From Macrostomum lignano (taxonomy: Eukaryota), in the NCBI GenBank assembly GCA_002269645.1, contig NIVC01000717.1, forward strand, positions 326,822-390,821: a DNA stretch of 64,000 nucleotides, read 5' to 3'. Shown piece after piece: positions 50,601-57,823 of this stretch. Both the position numbers and the translations under genes were made by a program. The notes under the pieces were generated by a model. It saw only the letters and a list, made by a program, of their open reading frames with translations, had not been told where the DNA came from and searched no databases. The stretch's first letter is position 1. Each line of letters begins with the position of its first letter.

Positions 50601-51146
50601 GTACACCGTTCAACAGAGAACACACCGTTTTTCCTTATGTTCTCTCGAGACTTTCAGCCACCAAGCCTACTAGTTCAAAAACTATTACCTTCTCAGTACG
50701 TGGAAACGCCAACAACACTACAAAAGTTTACTTCGCAGCTACACCTGGCATGGCAAATCGCGAAACACAATTTAGAAAATCAACAGGCAGTAGTCACCAC
50801 CAGCAATCATACATCTACTCTACAAGTCGGAGACATCGTTTACCTACATTACCCTGCGCAACATACACATAAACACGCACTTAAATACAAAGGACCATTC
50901 CGAGTAACGGCATTGGTATCGGCAACAACGGCACGCCTCGCTAATATCCAGGATCCACATCAACCTCAGTTCTATGTTCACATTCAACGTCTAAAACGTA
51001 TCACTAACGACACTACATTCCTCCCAGACCTACAAAATCCAGACCACACAAAAACAACAAATAAACACATTGCCACTGCACACGCCGAAACACAAACAAC
51101 AAACGCACCACCTGTCGGTCATACGTACAACCTAAGACCTCGTTAA
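43704..51146 (+). CDS. gag-env-pol: Single Gag-Env-Pol polyprotein, about 2480 aa from the first ATG
   Basis: One open frame with no stop or frameshift (ORF track 43656-51146; ATG at 43704). Confidence 0.95.
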   Translation: MARRNPTVHRDVKETVGMYTMDKDFNTFIEHFDLVTREYGLQNPEKALLLPPLLEGTAREIYGKLNAAAQQDYHTLVTQLRAQFARCGTNRSVLLHKLHNRKMSPTESFLTFVDDVRKIIKALHQPPPPNPGAQPIGPAELAARERQRLADQEQSLILHVINNAQPSLRDRLLRETIETEEQLIRCGMQWEASAPLLTSRSSDTTQLGEQLSKLMQQYQTSAIMPQRQRYAPPPTCYTCGRIGHYARDCRSRGNPRQYNDNRRKNWTRPQNRNWNPPQNRQGNALVPYRQQRNPPPPRQPTQVRRQYAQAIEPEYTQVIEPEFKIEDLMPDFTINVLEEFERRKDSTSSESSCMMDSLFEEDPPIPTSSKASPVFRENKRQQQTISKQQSNLFKVPTIDNLSETHRDDNFQDRKEMTTLEEDRDPATSQNIFEESVDMLQVLVDDIDLSETPPTQEPDYENIVSPSPVHEKWKHDKATNTQSNHSTDEKFVQTEDDTYVSMNLDYESEYDEPITIMEPVNTPTDENTTTHLTNISKSTNFMRPMLQSQPPTPLPCSNKWHFSTRLTPPPYPEDSHDEIEDTPPVPTRRKKKHPLLQCFLTILMMAIVPTVLPSPSPMICPTDGDIQPVIYKIPTEIKCSYFKTNQTKPLPLTIEIYKANTKKHRQMGIVCFRDKDEIEKVWLVQWNRIRYWQTSMMVSQEECFRWNQTLFSEDGQLKLHETSASGAQLFRTKNVADGRYVHYHQSRWPTYSVYNSYLIRNVLFYHNPFDNMESLQLPLDQCHYSSGYCSTPNYNKEEAQNLPLAPTYFHDYRYQIEYRSDSRYEEPSRTRKYFIAWEVKTEIDCKLQKYHTVKGKLLSNTFLADSGDLALTFPKQPSYTHLKCKDKDEQLILSDQEIPIVLKDMDKNVFLKVVNGTYQRKDVIERHKRDLPKPSLVSARLLAAKLAAMEHKLHKQLNYLHRSMVKLTCRMHETSLNYARQNYYVNPTTTFRKITGIEDVLAIPVYGYLLIYKCTPIHHFNILPSNTTTTCYDKPRIEAFYKGRRIRGFLDTVHNIIVGTAIPRPCTNSANYFNLNDLLHQISSAGDIKNISNSQVIVDETYEMTDLEVKFNKTTYKPFGDIKLDEITPGWTINDFLQVFISQRQVLTKLFTERQQRDADRLTSPIGMTMHNAIQSFWSNSFLDLIQGRGSLYQGFLFSSACIVWIYLVLLILVTVVRCAARNCPQTRGIFQIIKQTDTTTTGEEPTEETPMQVQEIRPEPTAPETSNIYPKIDFKPAIPPPMSPPLPIDPKWPANYVCTLQANMGRAMAQVLVNNRPSKALLDSGSSITVITKRLYDKLQLRMRPSSIAVAGAGGHALNILGQVGIMLKLANKQLPVQAFVIDHLPSQDVIIGIDTFQKLNLPLTFDFNKQTFKLDNVEHPLVSQVHLQPKVHLRQDVFIQPESTCWVKAYLVNNEDVEEAMIFEPRKKLLTTKEVLIPTALVLITSEKVIPVQIVNPHQHPVKIYAGTCMGHLNTQASVMLIQHTKTTRMSKQQFLQQIDLSQSPITEGQKTQVRDLLWKYNDVFCHHDYDIGRARDIKQKIELLPHQEPIQCKPYPVAKHLQQHFDEIIEKMLKAGIIKRTVSAYSSPCLLVEKKETNERRLVCDFRVLNKYIPTDQQSLPKISELLARLNTATLFTVFDLRHGFWQIELEEESKQYTAFKTYKGEVFAYQRSPMGISNSPATMSRLTAYMLAGCTNLLHYVDDILAFGDNFEQLLSVMEQALFLLQKQGLKLQPTKCKFCRDSVRYLGHHVSARGISPDPNNVEKVKKFPKPTTLTKLQSFLGLAQYFRKFLPNFAQTAKPLYELLKFPKWKEENWKTEQQNSFDKIKQQLTSDALLKHPDFQKPFIIETDASGSGLGAVLLQQTDQKKEKPIAFISRALRPNETKWSATERELLAILFALRQFHYYIYGSPLPTIIRTDHAPLTHVVKTKGQTNNRLIRMVLKIQDYNFHLVYKPGPTNKAADALSRAYEVNAVHPIPTMTDLLKAQQEDNFYKAVYEDTEEMQKPLTKIEKKFLRKQGNNLIFKELALYWLHNNTPRLYLPYNYRAAILHELHDTPLAGHLSAKKTIHRIAQFYFWPTMNADIRNYCLQCHSCASTKTGRRQKPELQSVPKTTTWDIVSLDITGPLPPARQHAIDYTYILTALDVFSKFAVAIPLPDITATTVAMAFYNEIICKYGTPKTLTSDNGTQFTSQLFQQAAKLLNIQQIFTSTYNPKANLVERFHRNLYEMLTHFVYKQPEDWIIYLQSVTIAYNSAVHRSTENTPFFLMFSRDFQPPSLLVQKLLPSQYVETPTTLQKFTSQLHLAWQIAKHNLENQQAVVTTSNHTSTLQVGDIVYLHYPAQHTHKHALKYKGPFRVTALVSATTARLANIQDPHQPQFYVHIQRLKRITNDTTFLPDLQNPDHTKTTNKHIATAHAETQTTNAPPVGHTYNLRPR
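45480..47360 (+). CDS. env: Env-like class III fusion glycoprotein (herpes gB/chuvirus G-like) embedded in the polyprotein
   Basis: Signal-like stretch after RRKKK; 12 ectodomain Cys; 6 N-glycan sequons; RHKR furin site at 46476-46487; heptad helix; VNPTTTFRKITGIEDVLAIPVYGYLLIYKCTPI resembles the gB NP...GDV...C motif; TM at 47286-47351. Confidence 0.8.
47600..51146 (+). CDS. pol: Pol region: aspartic protease, RT, RNase H, integrase
   Basis: LLDSG at 47664; RLVCDFR, DLRHGFWQI, YVDD at 48930; ETDASG, ERELLA, TDHAPL; H-H-C-C zinc finger, LDITGP, SDNGTQF, VERFH. Confidence 0.97.
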
Positions 51147-51277
51147 ATTATTCGCTTCATGTCCCCGTGTAGTGACCGGGATAAAGAATAGCACTACAGC
51201 TTCCTCAAGCTTGTCGTAAGAGGCGACTAAATCCTTGTTTTCCTACAAACGCTCACACAACTACGACAAACACGACA

Positions 51278-51928
51278 ATGGATTGTCCTATCTGTCTCGG
51301 AGAATTTTCATGTAAACTACCTTGTATATGTGTCAATAGACACCAGGTGTGTGGTTCTTGCTTAAGCCTTGCACATTACAAAAAACCTTTAAAAAATTGC
51401 CCTATGTGTCGAGGTAATCTCCGTCAATGCATGATATGCAACTCCTGGCGCACTGAACAATATTGCTTAAATCAACATTTTATGTGCACACAATGTATTA
51501 AGAAGCTTGCTTATCGCTCCATTTGTCAGTGTCCTATATGCGATGCCACCCCTTTACCTAAAGTTAACAACAAACTTGCATGCATTCAAGCGGACTACAA
51601 CCTACAGCTTCACCCATTCACTTATGCTCTTTTTCCATCACATGCTATAATTATCCGCCTCAGATCATGGCCCATACCACGTGCTGCTCATAAAACACGT
51701 AAATACCTCGTTCGCTATTCCTCTTCCTACGGTTCTAGACTCCGGCAATTATCTCCACAAGAAATTGAACATAAGCTGTTTAAAATTGTTAACGATATGA
51801 ATTTTCACCCATGCCCCATCCTCTGTACAACTCTACCTGCACTCATTCTGCGTAATGAGGACTTGTCTTATATATTACCACCCCAAGAATCATATGACTA
51901 TAATAGTTCCGCTTCAGAAATTGATTAA
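51278..51928 (+). CDS. Accessory ORF A: tandem RING-HC fingers and an unknown C-terminal domain (216 aa)
   Basis: C-x2-C-x11-C-x3-H-x2-C-x2-C-x12-C-x2-C, followed immediately by CMIC..CLNQHFMCTQC..CPIC. Confidence 0.8.
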   Translation: MDCPICLGEFSCKLPCICVNRHQVCGSCLSLAHYKKPLKNCPMCRGNLRQCMICNSWRTEQYCLNQHFMCTQCIKKLAYRSICQCPICDATPLPKVNNKLACIQADYNLQLHPFTYALFPSHAIIIRLRSWPIPRAAHKTRKYLVRYSSSYGSRLRQLSPQEIEHKLFKIVNDMNFHPCPILCTTLPALILRNEDLSYILPPQESYDYNSSASEID

Positions 51929-52001
51929 AATACCATGCACCCACAGATATTGCAACCATTCTTGCACAGATATTACTTATCACATTGACCATTTTTCAGA
52001 C

Positions 52002-52601
52002 ATGGATAGCGACGAGTGCATTGTTTGTTATGAAGACACTGAACAGTATGTCTACTGTCAGCATGGGCATAAGTTCTGCTATAACTGCTGCACAACGGAT
52101 AGAATAGACAAATGCCCGCTATGCCGCGCACCACCTACCCTGTGCCAGGTATGCAATACAACACCGCAACAAAGGATGTGCGCCAACGGACACTGGGTCT
52201 GCCGAGATTGTGCTCTAAAAATTCGGTGCCGCGACTATAAGCATTGCATAACTTGTGCAGCGCCAATATCTAAGGAAATTTACGCCGGAACAACAACATT
52301 ACCAAAGATCCAACTTACAAAGGAGACCATGGACAGTATGACGGCCAAGGAACTAGCAACAGCTATACGAACCTGGCCAATACCATTCAACAAGAGAGAC
52401 CATTTGGAATATCTTTTTGACTTGGTACGTCAATATGCGGCGCATCCAATAAATACTACGAGTACAACTGAAGAGATCTACCTGGAATTCCTCAACGCCA
52501 CCGAATCAACACAATTTACGCCGATACAGCACTTACTGTGGCCACTCGCGAGATTGACAACCAAAGTAAACGATATACTGAATAATACGCTTTCCTATTA
52601 A
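52002..52601 (+). CDS. Accessory ORF B: paralogous tandem RING-HC protein (199 aa from ATG 52002)
   Basis: CIVC..CQHGHKFCYNC..CPLC, then CQVC..CANGHWVCRDC..CITC; shares R-x-WPIP with ORF A. Confidence 0.8.
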   Translation: MDSDECIVCYEDTEQYVYCQHGHKFCYNCCTTDRIDKCPLCRAPPTLCQVCNTTPQQRMCANGHWVCRDCALKIRCRDYKHCITCAAPISKEIYAGTTTLPKIQLTKETMDSMTAKELATAIRTWPIPFNKRDHLEYLFDLVRQYAAHPINTTSTTEEIYLEFLNATESTQFTPIQHLLWPLARLTTKVNDILNNTLSY

Positions 52602-52780
52602 CAATAACAATGCATCCTGCCAAGCAACACAATAACAATGTGACCTACCTATCTACCTATCCATCTACTATACTACTACTGGTTCAAAATTTCTAATCCT
52701 TAAATACATTTTCATGTTTATTAGAAGATAAAACCCCACTTCACCGCTTTAACTTTAAAATTCGGGACGAATTTTTCGTG

Positions 52781-52791
52781 AAAAGGGGAGA
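52781..52791 (+). promoter_or_regulatory. Polypurine tract
   Basis: AAAAGGGGAGA, 3 nt before the 3' LTR. Confidence 0.9.
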
Positions 52792-52794
52792 TAT

Positions 52795-53712
52795 TGTAGA
52801 GAGTTATTAGACCATACCGTAATGCTCTACTTAAAGTAATATTCTAAGGAAGTCAATTTCTTTCAAAATGAGTCATATCTATTTTAGGAATCACGCGCAA
52901 ACAGAATGATTTAGAACCCTACATTGTTTGATCAAGGAACCGGATTTCAACAGCTGTATTTGTTTAACTCCATATATGGTAATGCTCAAACATGCATGAC
53001 CGCTTAATCAAACATTTTTGACCTAAGTAAATACCCAATCCCAAACCGGTTTTTCTCCAAAATTTTGCTATAAATATAAGTGAAAATTCAAGTCAAAAAT
53101 TCAGACTCGGAGCGGTCTCTAAGAAGACACCGAAGAAATAAGAAGACCAATCTCTGAGGGACCATCCCTGTCCAATTGGTAAGCGTTTACCCGATTTACT
53201 TAATTGTTAATAGCGCTAATAAAGTGATTGATTGAGTATACGAGAGCAGTTCATTGTCGATACATTTGAGAAAGGCCTCCTTGTTTCCTAGGATATTCCT
53301 AGAGGATTTATTGATTTAATTGAGTTATCCGTTACGTTTCGGACGTAACGAAGAAGCCGCCCTTCAGGAGGACCTATCACAGAAAATTAGAGAATTCAAT
53401 TGTTCATTAGGGCGCACGTTCTATTGTGAATTCCGAGCTCGAGGACCGTTAAGAAGTTCTGATTCGCTCTCGTTTGGTCGACCCACAGATAAAGTTAAGG
53501 ACACCAAAGAAAAACAGTGGTTCACCGGAACCGGTCGCCGTAACCGCTCAGCAAGCTTGCTATCCCGACGCGCCACAGAACTCCACCGGCTGCCGACCCC
53601 AAGAGGATCCGCTGAAGTAAGTTATTTGAACTGATAAATACCTAGGCACTTGTTCCCCCGTGTCTAGAAGTGGGAGTTTTTGAGTGACTGATCACCACTC
53701 TTAAACTCTTCA
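52795..53712 (+). repeat. 3' LTR (918 bp)
   Basis: Near-identical to 42425-43337 plus a 5-nt insertion near 53494. Confidence 0.97.
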
Positions 53713-54925
53713 TATGAGAGTGAGTGAGAATGTGAGAGCGAGGAATATGAGAGTGAGTGAGAATGTGAGAGTGAGTGAGAATGTGAGAGTGAGTGAGAAT
53801 GTGAGAGTGAGTGAGAATGTGAGAGTGAGTGAGAATGTGAGAGTGAGTGAGAATGTGAGAGTGAGTGAGAATGTGAGAGCGAGGAATATGAGAGTGAGTG
53901 AGAATGTGAGAGTGAGTGAGAATGTGAGAGTGAGTGAGAATGTGAGAGCGAGGAATATGAGAGTGAGTGAGAATGTGAGAGTGAGTGAGAATGTGAGAGC
54001 GAGGAATATGAGAGTGAGTGAGAATGTCAGAGTGAGTGAGAATGTGAGAGCGAGGAATATGAGAGTGAGTGAGAATGTGAGAGCGAGGAATATGAGAGTG
54101 AGTGAGAATGTCAGAGTGACAGAGAATGTGAGAGCGAGGAATATGAGAGTGAGTGCGAATGTGAGAGTGAGTGAGAATGTGAGAGTGAGTGAGAATGTGA
54201 GAGTGAGTGAGAATGTGAGAGTGAGTGAGAATGTGAGAGTGAGTGAGAATGTGAGAGTGAGTGAGAATGTGAGAGTAAGAATGTGAGTGAGTAAGAATGT
54301 GAGTGAGTAAGAATGTGAGTGAGTGAGAATGTGAGTGAGTAAGAATGTGAGTGAGTAAGAATGTGAGAGTAAGAATGTGAGTGAGTAAGAATGTGAGAGT
54401 AAGAATGTGAGTGAGTAAGAATGTGAGTGAGTAAGAATGTGAGAGTATGAATGTGAGTGAGTAAGAATGTGAGTGAGTAAGAATGTGAGTGAGTAAGAAT
54501 GTGAGTGAGTAAGAATGTGAGTGAGTAAGAATGTGAGTGAGTAAGAATGTGAGTGAGTAAGAATGTGAGTAAGAATGTGAGTGAGTAAGAATGTGAGTGA
54601 GTAAGAATGTGAGTAAGAATGTGAGTGAGTAAGAATGTGAGAGTAAGAATGTGAGTGAGTAAGAATGTGAGCGAGTAAGAATGTGAGAGTAAGAATGTGA
54701 GTGGGTAAGAATGTGAGCGAGTAAGAATGTGAGTGAGTAAGAATGTGAGTGAGTAAGAATGTGAGTGAGTAAGAATGTGAGAGTAAGAATGTGAGTTAGT
54801 AAGAATGTGAGTGAGTAAGAATGTGAGTGAGTAAGAATGTGAGAGTGAGTAAGAATGTGAGTGAGTGAGAATGTGAATGAAATGCGAGGGTGACAGGATG
54901 TGAGAGCGACAGAGAATGTGAGACT
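53713..54925. repeat. Continuation of the 18/27-bp minisatellite, grading into 14-18-bp GTAAGAATGTGAGTGA units
   Basis: Same units as 42155-42424. Confidence 0.93.
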
Positions 54926-55644
54926 TGTTGGCCAATTTGCTGCAGAGGATCCAATATCGCACAATCCCAGCAACTAACATGTATAAGGTGTGCGTGATGC
55001 TGGCCTAGCGGACGAGTTCAAGGAGATATCCGGGAAGCGGCAGATGGCCGCACAGCTTAACACACCCGGGTATTAATTGTGCGCCAAAACGTGAAATGCA
55101 TGGCAATTGGCATTACTCGAATTGTCATCTTTAAAGGATATTCATAACTATGATCCGCATATATAGATTTTGTTATTCGAATAAATATAGGTTCCCCACA
55201 AAACAATGACTATAAAATCGCTTTCTCACGCACAAGTCCATAATGATAACAAAGATATTTTTAAATGATCAGATCAATAATTCCATAATAATCTACTATG
55301 GCAAACAGTTCGGATTCAGAATTTGCATAGTCATATGTCTAGCTTGAATAAATCACAGATGGTTGTTAGTTGTTGCAGTTTACGGATCTATACGGATCTA
55401 TCTTACGGCAATATGCTTATTATATAATAAGCATATTGCCACCATAAAGTTAAGAAATACCGGTATATGTATTAACATTAGCAGCTATAGTTGCAGAGTC
55501 GAATTACGTTGCATTGCAGTTAAAGTTCTGTACGCACAAGCACTGTAGGTTAATTACAGTCTGTAAAAGGTGCGACACTTCAAGACTGAAGATCCAAGCA
55601 GTGTTTAAGGGCCAACAATACTTAAATAATATCAGGCTAGGATG

Positions 55645-56130
55645 AGATAGGACGGACAGAAGTGAGAGGGGAACAGAGAGGGGAACAGAGAGGGGACCAG
55701 AGAGGGGAACAGAGAGGGGAACAGAGAGGGGAACAGAGGGGAACAGAGGGAACAGAGAGGGGAACAGAGAGGGGAACAGAGGGGGAACAGAGGGGAACAG
55801 AGAGGGGAACAGAGAGGGGAACAGAGGGGAACAGAGGGGAACAGAGGGGACCAGAGAGGGGACCAGAGGGAACAGAGAGGGGACCAGAGAGGGAACAGAG
55901 GGGACCAGAGAGGGGAACAGAGGGGACCAGAGGGGAACAGAGAGGGGACCAGAGGGGACCAGAGAGGGGACCAGAGGGGAACAGAGGGGACCAGAGGGGA
56001 ACAGAGGGGACCAGAGGGGAACAGAGAGGGGACCAGAGAGGGGAACAGAGGGGAACAGAGGGGAACAGAGGGGACCAGAGGGAACAGAGAGGGGACCAGA
56101 GGGGACCAGAGAGGAGACCAGAGAGGAACG
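55645..56130. repeat. GGGAACAGAG/GGGACCAGAG array
   Basis: 9-12-bp purine-rich units. Confidence 0.92.
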
Positions 56131-56849
56131 GAGGGAAACAGAAACGAAGAAGTGAACAATAAAATAAGCAACACGCCATAAAAAAGCCAAAAGTCCATTT
56201 ACCGCAAAAAGCCAGTGCAACAAGCTTGCACAACGAGTTACTTTGAAACTATTTTTTAGCAGAAAAATCTACGTAAGCAAAATTTAACAGAGTGTTGGTA
56301 TGTATTAATTGATAAAAGAGACAGACACTAAAGCATAGGAGATACAATTTACAGCGAGAAATTACGGGTCAAGTTTTAAATGTGTTTTTACACTGATGAC
56401 GCGTACTATGATAACGATATAACGAGACGATATTTACACAAACTATTGCAAGTAGCATTGTGATAGACTGTGTGCATCGTTTTGAGCTTGTGCAAAAGTT
56501 TATAAGTTGCTAGGATACGCACTTTACTACTATTATTAATATAGATAAGTAAAAATGCACTCTTAAATATGTTGTATAGAAATAGGAAAAAGTAAATAAC
56601 AAAAAATGCCGTAATTTTCCGAGCCCCAAACATATGCTTACTCAGCTACTGTTAGTAGAAAAATTGGTAAATAGAAAAGCGACCTAAAAATGTCAAAACA
56701 AAAATCAAGTTAAGTACTGACTGACTATAAAGTTGATTGAAAATGCTTATTTAGTGAACAACCACTATTGAGCCTGGGCTTTAGCAAAATAACGCAAAAG
56801 TACACCGACTAAGCTGTTAAATTGAGTTTTTCTTAGGCACAGGACAAAT

Positions 56850-57600
56850 AAAGAATACAGACACAGACAGACAAATACAGAATACAGACACAGACAGACA
56901 AATACAGAATACAGACACAGACAGACAAATACAGAATACAGACACACACAGACAAATACAGAATACAGACACAGACAGACAAATACAGAATACAGACACA
57001 CACAGACAAATACAGAATACAGACACAGACAGACAAATGCAGAATACAGACACAGACACAGACAGACAATTACAGACACAGACAGACAAATACAGAATAT
57101 ACAGACACAGACAGACAAATGCAGAATACAGACACAGACAGACAAATACAGAATACAGACACACACAGACAAATACAGAATACAGACACAGACAGACAAA
57201 TACAGACGACAGACACAGACAGACAAATACAGAATACAGACACAGACAGACAAATACAGAATACAGACACACACAGACAAATACAGAATACAGACACAGA
57301 CAGACAAATGCAGAATACAGACACAGACACAGACAGACAATTACAGACACAGACAGACAAATACAGAATATACAGACACAGACAGACAAATGCAGAATAC
57401 AGACACAGACAGACAAATACAGAATACAGACACACACAGACAAATACAGAATACAGACACAGACAGACAAATACAGACGACAGACACAGACAGACAAATA
57501 CAGAATACAGACACAGACAGACAAATACAGAATACAGGCACAGACAGACAAATACAGAATACAGACACATGCAGACAAATACAGAATACAGACACAGAAA
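56850..57600. repeat. 27-bp minisatellite
   Basis: (TACAGAATACAGACACAGACAGACAAA)n. Confidence 0.93.
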
Positions 57601-57823
57601 GACAGATAGAGAAAAAGGTTAAAACAGACACAGCAAAAGCACACTTACTTCATACTATTTAGAAACCATTTCAATTTTTGGCTTGGATCGCTAAATTAAA
57701 AAAGAGAAATCATCATTTTTACAAAGCCATTAGGCGTATAAAAATATTGACAGTTTTAGTGAAACCATTTTTCATAGCAACAAATTGCGTATTTATACTG
57801 AATGAACTACTAATCTATACTAG

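Larger units (their letters stand above)
42425..53712 (+). mobile_element. Full-length Ty3/Gypsy LTR retrotransposon (endogenous-retrovirus-like, env-bearing), 11,288 bp
   Basis: TG...CA LTRs, TATG TSD (42421-42424 and 53713-53716), PBS, PPT, domain order PR-RT-RH-IN. Confidence 0.97.

Noticed and set aside
51855-52001. 49-aa N-terminal extension of RING ORF B overlapping ORF A
   Set aside because: ATG 52002 has better context, follows a splice acceptor, and aligns with the start of ORF A
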